DNA of 61,241 bases, filler included, from Chiloscyllium plagiosum (GCF_004010195.1; 5 parts of one record of this genome joined end to end with filler, not necessarily neighbours in it), one strand, 5' to 3'; counted from the first letter of the whole stretch, positions 35,091 through 48,716 are shown. The notes: a model not told the origin generated them from the sequence alone. Made by a program: numbers and translations.

Positions 35091-35556
35091 TAAGTTTGTT
35101 TATTTTCTGCATTCCCTAAGTGGAATCAGTCACAGGAAGTGGTATGTTTGTTTCCAGCAGTATGTGACAATAATTGTGGGATTCTATGCCCTATTATTAT
35201 TTATTGCGATTTGGCATCTCTGATTCTTGCATTAGGAACTGGTGGGTTTCTGAATATCAGAAATTAATTGATAAATTTAAGTATTTCTGTAACCATGATG
35301 AGTTCTGTTTTAAATAGTTTTTGAAGTCCAGCTTTAGAAGTAATGGATTTTTGTGTAAATTGTTGGGTTTTTTATGACCAAGATCAATAAGCTCCAGTTC
35401 AGAAGGTCAGGAGAGTTTTCTTTTTAAACTTAAAGTAAAAACCATAGCTTCGAGTGAGTTTTTCTTGAGTTTGGAGCAGTCTTGTGATGACCTTGGAATA
35501 AACCATTAAGAGCATACTGCTGAGAAAAGAAGGATATATATATATATATAAAATAT

Positions 35557-35823
35557 GATTGGATTAGATTCCCTACAGTGTGGAAACAGGCCCTTCGGCC
35601 CAACAAGTCCACACCGACCCTCCAAAGAGTAACCCACTCAGACTCATTTCCCTCTGACTAATGCACCTAACACTATGGGAAATTTAGCATGGCCAATTCA
35701 CCTAACCTGCACATCTTTGAACTGTGGGAGGAAACCGGAGCACCCGGAGGAAACCCACACAGACACGGGGAGAATGTGTAAATTCCACACAGACAGTTGT
35801 CTGAGGCTGGAATCGAACCTGGG
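35557..35823 (-). mobile_element. HE1-type V-SINE, 5'-truncated
   Basis: Tail, CR1-like 3' region and V-domain. Confidence 0.9.
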
Positions 35824-35834
35824 AGCCTGAATTA

Positions 35835-36348
35835 TGTTACCTTAGTGTAAGAACTGTATTGGTGTAAAGCCCTGAAGTGGTTTCTTTAAGGACCATACAG
35901 TTAAGCAAGTATATCACAGCTCCAGGAAGAAACTACCTGCTGTTCCCTTCTAAAAGTTGAAATCACAAATAACTTAAACTCCCATGGTGTTAGATACAGG
36001 GACTCCCGTGTGAGGAGTGTATGGGTGATATTTTCAATATTGTACCAGAAGTGTGTTTTGGTTACTATACAAAATCTGTTTAGTGTCTGTCCTATTTGTG
36101 AAGGTGAATTTTGGGATTAATAGGATTATACTTTAACTGTATGTTTAAATACCTTTGATTTTGTGTTATAAGTAGATGATTTCATTTATTCTATTTTATC
36201 TTCATTTCTTTTGTGGATAAACGTCTGCTTTATTTGGAAAACAAAACATGCAGCATTGTTTGCTTGTTTCAGCAAAAGACCGCTTTATTAAAATTAAAAC
36301 AAGTCAAAATATGATGTTTCCAGTTATAACACCAACTTGGATCATAAT
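35835..36348 (+). mobile_element. Possible LTR fragment
   Basis: LTR-like composition with a gataaacg polyA-like signal and an end at ...gatcataata; recognised by pattern only. Confidence 0.3.
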
Positions 36349-36480
36349 AAGTAGAGCTAAATTTCACACAGCCAAGAAACTATGATGTGTTTGCAAATTC
36401 TATGAAGCACAAAAACAAAGCTGAGATTGTAGCTCATTCACAGTCATGTATCTTGTACTGATTAATATCATTGCTTATGC

Positions 36481-36845
36481 ATAGAACATAGAACATACAG
36501 CAGTACAGCATAAGAATGGGCCCTTCAGCCCACTTTGTTGTGCCGAACAGCAACTAACTCTTTCTGCCTGTCATTGGTCCATATCCCTCCATTCTTTGCA
36601 GATTCATATGCTTATCTAAAAGTCCTTTAAATACTCTTATTGTATCTCGTTCAATCACCATCCCTGGCAATGCATTCCAGACTTTTATGATTCTCAGGGT
36701 AAAAAGCTTGTCACTCACATCTCCTTTGAATTTTCTCTGTCTCACCTTAAATGCATATCACCTAGTATTACAACTCTAGGAAACTGATTCTGGCCGTCAA
36801 CCCTATCCAAGCATCTCATAATTTTATAAACTTCTATCAAGTCCC
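36481..36845 (-). mobile_element. CR1 3' end
   Basis: atagaacatagaacatacagc tail; ORF 36554-36745 VWNALPGMVIERDTIRVFKGLLDKHM. Confidence 0.85.
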
Positions 36846-37099
36846 CACATTGTGGAACTTGAGGTGTAATTAGATGTGCATCTTAATCATAATTCAGGAT
36901 AGATATCCCAGAAGTCTCATTAAAAGTACTTTTGAAATGACTGCTTTGTGTACTAAGCAGCACTGTCATCAAGAGTTGGTATCTTGCAATATATTTTATA
37001 ATTTTAATCTGCAGAAAAGAAATTAATGATTTCATCTTATTAGTTATGCCTAGGAGTTCAATTTTATTTTCATTTGAAAATAAATGCAAATTGCATTAA

Positions 37100-37415
37100 G
37101 GAACTATTACAATGCTCAACTCATAGTCTTCTCAAAGAGCTGGGGACTTTTCAACAGAAATTTCAGAAACATGATGGCCAAAATGCGCACAGTAAAGTCC
37201 CATAATGCTTGGAGAATTTGTCTTTTTTTAAGTAAATGTTGATTCAGAGAAGAGCATCATGTTCTTCTTCAAATGGGAGTGGTGTGAAATTTTAACATTC
37301 ACCTGTGAAAGCAGACAGAGCATTAGATCAACATCTCATGCACCACAAACAAGACTTGATCCCACAAACATTTGACTCAAAAAGCAAAAGTGCTGTCCAC
37401 TGAACCACAGCTGAG
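37100..37415 (-). mobile_element. Highly diverged DeuSINE-like remnant
   Basis: tgcgcacagtaaagtccca, ttcttcaaat...tttaacattcacctg..agcagac, and tRNA head gagt/aaagtgctgtccactgaaccacagctga. Confidence 0.5.
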
Positions 37416-38169
37416 ATTGAGATTAAACACAACACATGGGCTGGACTTTCAACATCAGGAACTTGGAGATGGGGACCAATTCCTGGATTCAAAGCCACAA
37501 GGTGTTTTCCAGACACATCTTCTCAGATTTTGAAAGGGCCAGGCCAATTAATTGCAGGGAGCAGGTTTACATGGTTGGTTGGTGGTCTACTGAGGCTGAA
37601 TGGTTAGTGGGAGGTCCTCCAGTAACAACACACCAGCAACCTCACTGGCTGAGGTGGTGGTTACCAGTTTGTGATGAGGGGGAGGGGGGCACCTCAACAT
37701 GGTGATTCTCTGAAGAAGAATCCAATTTTGGTGGCGTGGCAGTCCTTACATTGGATATAAAGAGCTGTGTCTCTTGCAGAATCAACCATGGCTCCCTTTC
37801 CCTCCGACTTGCCCAATGTGAATCCTGCATGATTACCTGATCATTCTCCATGCTGATCTATCTTTCTGAGGATACAGGTTGCAGGCAAAACAAAACTTTT
37901 CATTATACTTAGGTACATGTGATAATAATAAATCAAATTAACTCAAATCAATTGGCTACCCAGCATTGGCCAGTGGGATGCCTGTTTAAAAATGATGGCA
38001 AACTGACATGATGAGTGGAGGTGTGCAATTTAGAGCTTGCCTCCCTGCCTGCCTTTAATCCCAATGCTGATCTGCTTGTAGAAACCATTTGTTATATGTT
38101 ATTCGACCATGATAGTGTTTCAACTGAATCCAAAGTAATGTTCAATATACTGAGCAAATAAACTTCACA

Positions 38170-38350
38170 TGATTTGGAGATGCTGGTGTTGGACTGGGGT
38201 GTACAAAGTTACAAATCCCACAACACCAGGTTATAGTCCAACAAGTTTATTAGGAAGCACTAGTTTTCAGAACTTGATGAAGCAGCAGCACTCCGAAAGC
38301 TGGTGTTTCCAAATAAACCTGTTGGACTATGTGCTGATGTTGTGTGATTT
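38170..38350. mobile_element. Fold-back mini-PLE (family B)
   Basis: cacaacaccaggttatagtccaacaagtttat and ataaacctgttggactatg..tgttgtgtg are inverted. 11-bp TSD taaacttcaca at 38159-38169 and 38351-38361. Decayed core ttgatgaagcagcagcactccgaaagctg. Confidence 0.85.
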
Positions 38351-39929
38351 TAAACTTCACAGTCAGTGTCTGCCTGACGATACAGCTGTGATTTACATTG
38401 TAGGAATTTTCATGACAGAATCTTTGAATGTAACTTTGCAGCTGATACTAGACAATAGCTTTGTCTCTGGGCTGGTGAAGATATTCTTGAAAATAAAATA
38501 ATTTTCCACATTTTACCACCCAGTGATCAGGCCCCTGGAGTTTTATTTCCATTTAACCATTGATGAGTTCAGTTAACTCACCACAGACCAGGAATCAAAT
38601 CCAAACTAGGGTTTCCAAATCTGGGGGTCATCTGCTCATTGGAGAATATGACAAGTGGTAACTTCTAATGTTATATGAGTTGTTGTTCTACCAATAGTGC
38701 TGTGGCATCCTGCTCTTGAGTGAAACTCCTTTCAAACTGCATTCCAAAGGAAAGGAATATTTTCAGAAATCAGAAATCTAATTCAGAACAAGCTTGGCAA
38801 ATGCATGAGGTACTCTATTTTCAATGAAGCTGTGCCAGATAATTTCCGGTAATCAGCTATGATACTGCTGAAGTGATTGAGACAGGATTCTATTCCTGTT
38901 GTTATCAGTGAGAAATGTGTTCACATGGTGTTGCTCCCAGTTGTGCAGTACAGACTTGTATCAATTCCAGAGATGCAGGCAGCGCAATGCCTATGTTGAT
39001 AGCTGCCCACCTGCTGTCTGCCCCTGGGAATCAGCACAATGTCACAAGAAGTTGTGCCAGGCAAACAAATTCCTTTCTCTGTTGAGTCTTTTCAAAACCT
39101 GTCTGACTGGCATTTGCACTTGGTTTTAACCTATCCCTCACATCAATAGCCAAGTATACAAATGCTGCTCTTTAAGTCCCATTGTTAAATATTATGTATA
39201 GGTCATAACATAGCAACATCAGCTATCACGGGGCGGTAACCATGATGCTGGTCATGGGCATTATTTCCAGACTTTCAGCAAGAACAAACAAAAAATAAAA
39301 TCAAAGAGAACCATGTTCTCACCAAACCTTTGGTGTAAACTCCCATCAGTTAGTGCATAATTGGCTTTTGTTTTTTTTTGATATATAGATCAGAGAACCT
39401 TTACTGTAATGTGCAAAGACTCACATTCACTTACAGACCTAGTTAAGTTTTGAGGAACATCACAAGTAACCACACAATGGCTTTGGCAGGATGTTGTCAA
39501 TGCTGTATTGACTTTTATTCCTTGCAGTTTTAATCATCCAAACAGAGAGCAAATATAGAACATATTGACACAACATTTTTTCATGTTGTATAACAAGGAA
39601 CAGGTTATGCTGACCGTTGTGAATGACCTATCCTAATAGCAACAATTGCAAAGCCTGCCACAGAGAGGCAAAAATACAAAGCACTTTTGATCATTTGGCA
39701 TGACATGGATATTGTATTAAGCGACTTTACAAACTTCATTCCAGAAATTATGAATTGTGTTTTCAAATTTTTTTTTTTAAATAGAAGTAAATTGAACAAA
39801 ACTTAGGATAACAGACAGCTCATTTTGGGAAAAGTTGGTTAAAAGTTGAATTTGTAACTCATTTTGAAAAGATGCATAGCATGTGCTTCTTCTGTTGTGG
39901 GAGTTCTTCCATTGGTTTTCTGGCTACAA

Positions 39930-40236
39930 TTAGATTCCCTACAGTGTGGAAACAGGCCCTTCGGCCCAACCAGTCCACACTGACCCTCCAAAGAGTAACC
40001 CACTCAGACCCATTTCCCTTTGACTAATGCACCTAACACTATGGGCAATTTAGCATGACCAATTCACCTGACGTGCACATCTTTGGACTGTGGGAGGAAA
40101 CCGGAGCACCCGGAGGAAACCCACGCAAACACAGGGAGAATGTGCAAACTCCGCACAGACAGTTGCCTGAGGCTGGAATCAAACCTGAGACCCTGGTGCT
40201 GTGAGGTAGCAGTGCTAACCAATGAGCCATTGTGCC
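39930..40236 (-). mobile_element. HE1-type V-SINE, full length
   Basis: Head, V-domain and tail present. Confidence 0.92.
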
Positions 40237-40257
40237 ACTGTCTCAACATTAAAAAAA

Positions 40258-40555
40258 AAGGAATAAGGCATATTGGCCTGCTCTGCTATTCAATATGATT
40301 TTCCACCTCATCTCCACTTTCCTGTTTCATCCCCATATTCCTTGACTCTTTTAGTGACCAAAAGAATGTTGACCCTTGTTTTGAATGTATAAAATGACTT
40401 GAGCATTTGCAATTATCTCCATCACAAATACTCCTTCATTCTAGACTCTCCAACCAGGGGAAACAGCCCCTCATCTACGCTGTCAAACCATCTCAGAATT
40501 TTCTACACTTCAATGAGACCACCTCTCACTCTCCTGAACTCTGAAGAATACAGGA
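40258..40555 (-). mobile_element. Old CR1 3' fragment
   Basis: ctagactctccaaccaggggaaacagcc...ctcagaatttt...caatgagaccacctctc. Confidence 0.65.
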
Positions 40556-40878
40556 TGATCCAATTTTAAGTAGGTAGATATGTTCCTTGAAACAGCTACT
40601 TAAAATGAAACTACTCGTGTTGAAACCAGGTTTTCCCATTTAAATGTATGTTATGTTATCAGAAGCATTCCCAGACTGAGACTTTAAGCACCAATAGGGC
40701 ACGTTAACACAAAATAACTGAATCAAATTGTGTATCACTCTTTGATATTACCTATAATCTGGCAATGAACCAAAATTAGCATGTTTTGTTTTTTACCCTA
40801 AAATAAATAAATATCCTCAAGGTCTAGTGGCATAGTTTCAAGATATCAGTTCACTTATTATCATTCTGTATTTTTGTT

Positions 40879-41185
40879 TTAGATTAGATTACATTATAGT
40901 GTGGAAACAGGCCCTTCGGCCCAACAAGTCCACACCGACCCACCGAAGCGTAACCCACCCATACGTTTACCCCTTACCTAACACTATGGGCAATTTAGCA
41001 TGGCCAATTCACTTGACCTGCACATCTTTGGACTGTGGGAGGAAACCGGAGCACCCGGAGGAAACCCACACAGACACGGGGAGAATGTGCAAACCCCCCA
41101 CAGTCAGTCGCCTGAGGTGGGAATTGAACCCGGGTCTCTGGTGCTGTGAGGCAGCAGTGCTAACCACTGTGCCACCGTGCCGCCC
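40879..41185 (-). mobile_element. HE1-type V-SINE, full length, young
   Basis: Ends taaccactgtgccaccgtgccgccc; intact V-domain and tail. Confidence 0.95.
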
Positions 41186-41531
41186 ATTCATAGGATATGG
41201 ACAGCATTTATTGTCCATCTCTAAATGATTGGAGGGCAGGTAAGAGTCAATTACATCGCTGTGGGTCTGGAATCACACAAAGACCAGGCCAGGCAAGAAC
41301 ATCAAATTTCCTTCTCTATAGGACACTAGTGAACCAGTTGGGCTTTTACAACAATCAGCATTGGTTGGTTGTCCATGATTGCCATTTAGATTAGCTTTTC
41401 AGTCCTGTTTTATCTATTGAATACAAATTTCACCATCTGTCATGGTGGAATTCAAGCCCATGTCCCCAGAACATTAGTCTGGACTTCCAGATCACGAATC
41501 CAGTAACATTACTACTATGATCCTATCTCCC
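41186..41531 (-). mobile_element. tRNA-derived SINE with LINE-derived tail (second family)
   Basis: cagcatttattgtccatc tail; head (reverse) gggagataggatcatagtagtaatgttactgga...gggcttgaattccacc. A related copy lies at about 53345-53598 (plus). Confidence 0.7.
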
Positions 41532-41790
41532 AATCAATAATGTTAATTTAATTGATCACACTATTGCTATGAAAAATGCAGAGACCTTGTTGTAGATTTA
41601 TACGAATGTGTTCTTAGCCATCTTTGATCTTGGTGAAAGAAACACCGAAATGGCGAGGAGACAAACAAACTCAGCTAACAATTCTAGAGAATGGGAAAAC
41701 TGCCTACTCATTGATTGATCCAGCTAATAACACTTACAAAAACACAGTTGAACGCACATCCCACTGTTTTATAACTGGTTATAATAGATA

Positions 41791-41890
41791 NNNNNNNNNN
41801 NNNNNNNNNNNNNNNNNNNNNNNNNNNNNNNNNNTTAATTAATTAANNNNNNNNNNNNNNNNNNNNNNNNNNNNNNNNNNNNNNNNNNNN
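41791..41890. other. Assembly gap: N44-TTAATTAATTAA-N44
   Basis: Seen directly. Confidence 0.99.
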
Positions 41891-42378
41891 GTATCATCCG
41901 TAAACTTGCTCACCCAACCTTCTAGCCCCTCTTCCAGGTCATTTATAAAAATGACAAACAGCAATGGTTCCCAAAACAGATCCTTGCGGAACACCGCTAG
42001 TAACTGCACTCCAAGATGAACCTTTACCATCAACTACTACCCTCTGTCTTCTTCCAGCCAGCCAATTCCTAATCCAAACTTCCAACTCACCCTCAATGCT
42101 ATACCTCGTATTTTTTTGCAGTAGCCTACCATGGGGAACCTTATCAAATGCCTTACTAAAATCCATATACACCATATCTACTGCTTTACCCTCATCTACC
42201 TCCTTAGTCACCTTCTCAAAGAATTCAATAAGGTTTGTGAGGCACGACCTGCCCTTCACAAAACCAGGCTGACTATCCTTGATCACATTATTCCTATCCA
42301 GATGTTCATAAATCCTATCCCTTACAATTCCCTCTAAGACTTTGCCCACAACAGAAGTGAGACTCACCGGCCTATAGT
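41891..42378 (-). mobile_element. CR1 RT core fragment
   Basis: SLTSVVGKVLE...SCLTNLIEFFEKVT...YMDFSKAFDKVPHGRL...SGVPQGSVLG...KFTDD. Confidence 0.95.
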
Positions 42379-43404
42379 TTCATTGTGATAGTTCCGTTTT
42401 TCTAAAGGGGTGAGTTGTTACAAAGTCGAAAGAGTATACGCTCACTTTAAGAAATAAACATCTTGCGCTCGAAAGAAATTTCAGAAAGCACTATATATCA
42501 AATGTTACTTTTTCCTGTAAAAGCAGTAAAAAGTAGGAAGATGACGCAGAGAGAAGACAGCAGAATCAGAAGACCAAAACAAAGACCAGAAGGAAATCAG
42601 GATCTTCTTTCATTCATATGTTTTTAACAGATTATGAGGCGAGGCAAACTTTTCTGAGTGTTTGGTTTTAATTAGCAGTGTTACCTCCACACTAACACTA
42701 TCTTGCAAATAAAACTTTTTGTTTCATCCAGCAAAAGTGCCCCTTCTGTGGATATTCGACTGAGGTCTATCCTCTGTCACCAATCACTAGATTGGAGAAA
42801 GACAAAGCAAAGACGAGGAAGGATTGGCAGCAGTGAACTATCTCTACAATTCCTACCAAATACCACATATTGGTATCGGTGCAAACACCACATGGTGCCA
42901 ACAGTTGTTATTTGGGAAAATACTGCATCCATCACACTTCTTTTTCAGATGGTAAACAAGCCCTTGACGAGGAGATAGAGCATGCTCATTGTAAGCTAAA
43001 AATGCATAAACATTATTGGATAGGAATTCTCTTTGTAGACATCCTGGGCATACACTCGAATAACATTGAATAACATCCAATTTAGGGTGCAATGTTTACT
43101 AATGCTTTTCTTTCATTGGATTACTCTAGCCCATACTGTCTTGTGATAAACTCACCCAGTAACATGTGGCACCTTCACCGATATTATTTAAGGGGATCAT
43201 TTAATATTTACATGTAAGCTGCTGGTTTGTCATTCTAGCTTGTGGATTATCTTTTCGGTGTTTGTTGGCCTGTCCTCTGAACGTGGATAATCAATTCTGA
43301 TGGCTGAGAAGACCAAGATGCTGTCTTGATTTGGCTGCATTCTGAGCAGTTGGATTGTTGTCATGGGTGGAATGGTAGTGCTCTGTTGCCCACTACAATC
43401 TTAA

Positions 43405-43625
43405 GGAGAAAGTGAGATCTGCAGATGCTGGAGATCAGAGCTGAAAATGTGTTGCTGGAACAGCGCAGCAGGTCAGGCAGCATCCAGGGAACAGGAGAAT
43501 CGATGTTTCAGGCATAAGCCCAAAGGACTGAAGAAGCTGAAGAAGGGCTTATGCCCGAAACGTCGATTCTCCTGTTCCCTGGATGCTGCCTGACCTGCTG
43601 CGCTTTTCCAGCAACACATTTTCAG
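43405..43625. mobile_element. Fold-back mini-PLE (same subfamily as 16751-16951)
   Basis: Inverted arms; perfect 14-bp TSD cactacaatcttaa at 43391-43404 and 43626-43639. Confidence 0.9.
43537..43564 (+). ncRNA. Minimal hammerhead ribozyme core
   Basis: CUGAAGA-A-GGGC(UUAU)GCCC-GAA-ACGU-C, giving a GUC cleavage triplet. The 5' strand of stem I is replaced by a duplicated ctgaagaag. Confidence 0.6.
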
Positions 43626-44614
43626 CACTACAATCTTAACTCCAACCAGGGCATGGGTAGCAGTGCCCAGGGCCATCAAAGCATTTAATTTTCACACACT
43701 ACGCCAGGCTACAGATCAGTAACAGCAGAAATATCTCTGTTCACAATCTACCATTGTTATCAGCATCTATTCCTCTGTTTTAGGATGACATCCCCACTCC
43801 ATCTTGAATTTTTGTCATGTGTCATTAGGCCAGGTTATTACCTACAAACCTTCGGGAACTTGGGGACAATGTCTGATAGCATAGTGGGGTACAGAGTGTA
43901 GGATTTCCTTCCTTTTCTCTCATTCTGTGCCACTATTCCACCTCTTTAAGTCGTTATGACTCAAAGCACGATGCAATGCTTTTCCAAGGACTCATTCACC
44001 TGTTCAGATGCAGAAGGCATTTTGTTGGCACTGTTGGGCAACTTCACCACCATGGGTAGCCCTCCCAGGAGCAAGGAGCTGGCTTCACACATTTGGTAAA
44101 CTATTCCAATGTGTCACAGACTGCACACACATTTGCTTTGCAAACGCACCATGATACCTCTATCTGCTGAAAATCATTCCCATTCCCCCAACTTAACAGT
44201 CGGTTTGCAATTAGAGACAAAACATCATACAATTCAATCTCCAGATTCATACTCACATGTCAGTATAAATGCAGCCTAAGTCAACCACTTTATCCATTCC
44301 ACTGTATCATAAGTGCAATACTAAAGGTACCATCCTGCTACTCGTTTATACAGAAATGTATTGAAATTGCACTGATCTAATCACAGGTGTACAAAGTTAA
44401 GCTCATGAAATATGAGTCAAAAAAAAAAACAATTACCTATTATTTACAAGAAAGCATTGATGTGAACTCCATAAGAAATGATGTGGAAGGGAAAAGTCAG
44501 TGTAACCTGTCTACTTAATACTGCTCAAAGAATTCCGAACAGATTTGTTTTGACTCCTCATTCCAATATCAATGCATTAAAGATGGTAAAGTTTTAACAT
44601 GTACGTGTTGTACT

Positions 44615-44810
44615 GTTACAACGCATATTTTGTCAACACAAATTCACTGATGAATTAGGGATGCTGTTTCTATAGCGTGAACGTCTAACATGTGTGTTGG
44701 CTGTAAGGCGATTACAACACCAACACTTTACGCGTTGTTTCTAAAGCACAGTTTTTCAATACTGCAGAGTTGCACAAGAATGCAATCATTGTGTTATAGA
44801 AGAACTGGCA
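44615..44810 (-). mobile_element. pogo/Tigger-like MITE remnant
   Basis: ttgcacaagaatgcaatcattgtgttatagaagaactgg end and internal ttacaacgc repeats. Confidence 0.45.
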
Positions 44811-45949
44811 AACTTTGATTTTCATTTTGTATTGTTCTTTAATACAATCCACAAAGTAAAATTACTAAAATATCTAATTAAAACCACTTGATTTCCTAAG
44901 AATTATCAAAACTTGATAGATTCTCTTGCATGTTTAGCTATTCAAAATACCTCAGTAATATATTCATGTACTGAAGAGTTTTTTTCAGCAATGACATTGC
45001 TGTTTAGGCCAACATTTATTGCCCATCCCTAAATTACCCAGAAGGCACTTTAAGAGTCAACCACATAAGGATGGCAGTTTCCATCATAACCTACATCATA
45101 ACCTTAACAATGACAGCAACTTGAGTTTCTATGCAGTCTTTAAATAGTAAAATGTCCCAAAGTGTTTTGTAGGGCTTAGCCCAATCAAAATTTAATACCA
45201 ATCCACAGGAAAAGATTTAGAAGAGGTAAATTTTCACCATGTTCTAGAAGATGGAGAGAAGGGTGGAGAGATTTAGAAAGAGAGTTCAAGAATGTAGAGC
45301 CTCAGCATTTGAAAGGACATCCTTTGGTAGTGAAGGAAATTGGTGATACAGAAATGGTAGGAATTGGAGAGCGAAGGACCATTAACTATGATTACACTTA
45401 GAAGCTGTGCACTGCGTGAACATCTGCTTAGAATCAGCCAGAGGTGAGACTGTTTTATTGCATCCATATACATAGCATCATGGACCTCACGTGTGACCTA
45501 GCAATAACTTATTCCATCTGTGAAACCTGCATGAGCAATTCATTTGATTGATTTGCAGAAGTCGAGCACTGTGAAGTTCCTTTTGAATTTAATTGCTTTG
45601 ATTTGTGGGTTGTTTCAAACTGTTTTATGGAGGAATATAAATGTTTTGTATATGTTGCTTCCACCCAGACATCCGTGGCTGGAAAAGGCTACTGTGCATG
45701 AGATTTATGCTCACTGATTGCTAATGGGTTGATAATATCAAAAATCTGCAACTTGCTTAGATTCTTGGCTTCCAGAATTCTTGACTAAATTCTGACAGTC
45801 AGTACTTTTGTTACTTAAATTATTTCACACAGAAGTTTAATGACCTGCTATAAATTATCTCTTAGAAGTATTTTTATGAATGTTTTTGGGCCTGTGTATT
45901 TCACAGGAAGTGACCATATGAGGGCTGAGAGCATTCTGACTTCAATCCT

Positions 45950-46335
45950 CAACCACACGTCTGGAGCTAACTTAAATGTTCCATTCACCCAATGTTCTCC
46001 TGGCCAACCTCCTATTTTACACATATCAGAAGCTTAGGCACATGCTAACCTCTGCTGCTAATATCTTAACTTGTGTCAGATGTAACATACCTGAGATCAG
46101 TGACAAATGTTGGTCCTTGGCCTCAATTTTAAAATTCTATGACTTGTTTCTAAATCTCTCCGTAGCCTTTGTATCAAACCAACTCTGTATTTGATTCCAA
46201 CCACACAATCCAATTCTGGCCTCTTGTGTATCCATCATTTTAATTCCTTCACAATTGATGGCCTTGCCTTCAGTTCCCTAGGACTTTATTGTAAACCACT
46301 TGCCTTTGTCCTTCTTAAAATACTCCTTAAAATCT
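45950..46335 (+). mobile_element. Old L2 3' fragment
   Basis: tctcctggccaacctcc...ctctgctgctaatatcttaact...caattctggcctcttgtgtatcc...attgatggccttgccttcag. Confidence 0.55.
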
Positions 46336-46568
46336 CAGGTGTAACTTCACCGATTGCTGGCTCCATAAGAGAATTGTACATTTTTCTGTCAGCTGCAGAG
46401 GAATCCTGACTGAAGTAGGGCTCCATTGGTGCAATGAGAACAAGCTTTATTGAAGGATCCTACAAAATTCATTAGGCCTTTGTTAACCAATTTAAGAGGC
46501 CCAGTGACTGCTTTAGGTGATTATCTTGAATTTCAGAAATTTGTGGTATTCACAAATTCAACATCTCT

Positions 46569-47250
46569 AAAAGCAGCATACTGTGAGTGTCGGAGATTTG
46601 AATCAAAACAGGAAATGCTGGAAATACTCAGCAGGTTAGGTAGCATCTTTAGAGATAAAAACAGGGTTAACGCTTCAGGTTGATTATCTTCCACCAGAAC
46701 CAGAAAAAAATTAGAGATCTAATATATGGTGTGTAAGAGATGTGGGACAAAGATAAAAAAGGTCTGAGATCATGAAAGCCAGAAAGTATTGAATGCCAGG
46801 AAAATTAGTCTTCCGTGGCCAAAGGGAATGATAATTGGACAAAAATAGAAATAAAGAATGTATCAAATATGCTTATTCTGGAAAAATAATGCTAAACAAA
46901 CAAAGACAAGGAATAACAGAGAGAATAGATTGTTCTGAATTCGCTAACCTTCCAGATTCAACATTGAGTTTAACTATCTAACCGAAAGTTGAGGCCTTGT
47001 TCCTTAAGCTTATGTTAAGCCTCATTGGAGTGGTGCAGCCAAGGACAGAAGGGAGGGCCTGTGAGCAAGGTAGGAACTGAGAGTCATGATTGTGAACTGA
47101 ATGGAGACATCCAGTGAAGTGGTCACTCAATCTGTATTTGGTCTCCTCTATGTCAAGAAGACCATATTTTGAGTAAGAAATATTGTATACTACATTGACA
47201 TCAGTGCATATACAACATTGCTTCACCCTGAATGGCTGTTTGGACTTAGG
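46569..47250 (-). mobile_element. Old PLE (family C): GIY-YIG remnant plus pLTR
   Basis: ORF 46978-47226 reads CTDVNVVYNISYSKYGLLDIEETKYRLSDHF, a decayed CTS.N.VY.I.C..CGLLYIGETKRRL.DRF. Terminus aaatgctggaaatactcagcaggttaggtagcatc. Confidence 0.75.
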
Positions 47251-48329
47251 AACAACATTTGGACCAACAGTTGAATCAACATCTCTGCTGGTTTCACAAT
47301 CAGAAATTGACCAGTTTAATGCTCACGACAGGCATCACACAAAGCAATTTTAACCCTCGAATTTACTAACTGTGACCTTGAAACAACGTCAAGAAAACAA
47401 AACATTGCCAGATACTTAATGCATGTGTAACAATTTACAATGTTTGCTATTGTCACAGAATTACAAATGCTCTTCTTTCAAAATAAATTGATACTTCCAT
47501 TTGCATAGACCATAAAAGGAGATCATACTAATGTATTCAGAATTTATCTGCACAAAACACAGGTCCAGGGTCCAGTGCCAAACCTTGTGATGATGAAAAT
47601 GTGCTTCTCACACACACATGCACTATCTTTATTAATTATCATCTACACTATTTATGGGAAAGTCAGTAAATGTTTTGGAAATTGAAACATTGTGATTGTC
47701 TGATCCCAGTGAAAGCCATTTCACATTTTGTTTTGTTTAAAATGTCATTCTAACTTCCTGGAAATTGCTTATTCTGAACTTATCATCTATAAATGCTCTT
47801 AATCTCTGTCAGTAAAACCAAAATAAACCTATCTTAGAACTTAGTCAGTTGAATAATAGCCCAGTGAACAAGAAAGGTTTAAAATTATTCGTAAAGTTAT
47901 TAGTTATTAGTATATTTTTTGATCATTCAATTTTCAATCTCTAGCTTTATTTAATTCCTGACCTGATTTTGTGGAACTACTTTTGAATTAAAACTTTTAC
48001 TTTTTGTCCAATATCTATAACTCCCTAACACCAAATTATTGGCTAATATTTGTGTTTTTTTCAATCCATATTGTTTTTATTTTAAGTTTTTGAGTATATG
48101 ATCGGCGCTGAGACTTCAGTGCAGTAACGAGAGAATAATATAAGCTTGGTGTGGGTCTGGCAGGTGAAACATTAATTTGGAGCCTATGTATTAATTGTAT
48201 AATAATTATGCTTAATTGTATGAAAAGAGTTGATGATAACTGGGAGGTGTTCAGAAGACGATATCATTCAATCTGTAACTATGTAAATTGATAAATGAAT
48301 AGATGTACATAAAGATAGACTCCAGTACT

Positions 48330-48685
48330 GGGGCAGCATGGTGGCTCAATGATTAGCACTGCTGTCTCACAGTGCCAGGGTCCTGGGTTCAATTCCAGCC
48401 TTGGGCAACTGTCTGTGTGGAGTTTGCACATTCTCCCCATGTCTGTGTGTGTTTCCTCCGGGTGCTCCAGTTTCCTCCCACAATCCAAAGATATGCGAGT
48501 TAGGCAAATTGGCCATGCTAAATTGCCCATAATGTTCAGGGATGTGGGTGAGATGCATTAGTCAGGAGTAAATGTAGAGTAATATGGTAGGGGAATGGGT
48601 CTGGGAGGGATACTCTTCGGAGGGTTGGTGTGAACCTGTTGCGCTGAATGGCCTGTTTCCACACTGTCGGGATTCTGTGATTCTA
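48330..48685 (+). mobile_element. HE1-type V-SINE, full length
   Basis: Head, V-domain and gattctgtgattct tail. Confidence 0.92.
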
Positions 48686-48716
48686 AATTCCTTTTGGGAT
48701 TGTACAACTATCTGTT

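Noticed and set aside
42703..42978. ORF or exon candidates on both strands (QKCPFCGYSTEV...; strong minus-strand acceptor near 42790)
   Set aside because: Frames hit stops quickly, there is no consistent donor, and no protein is recognisable.
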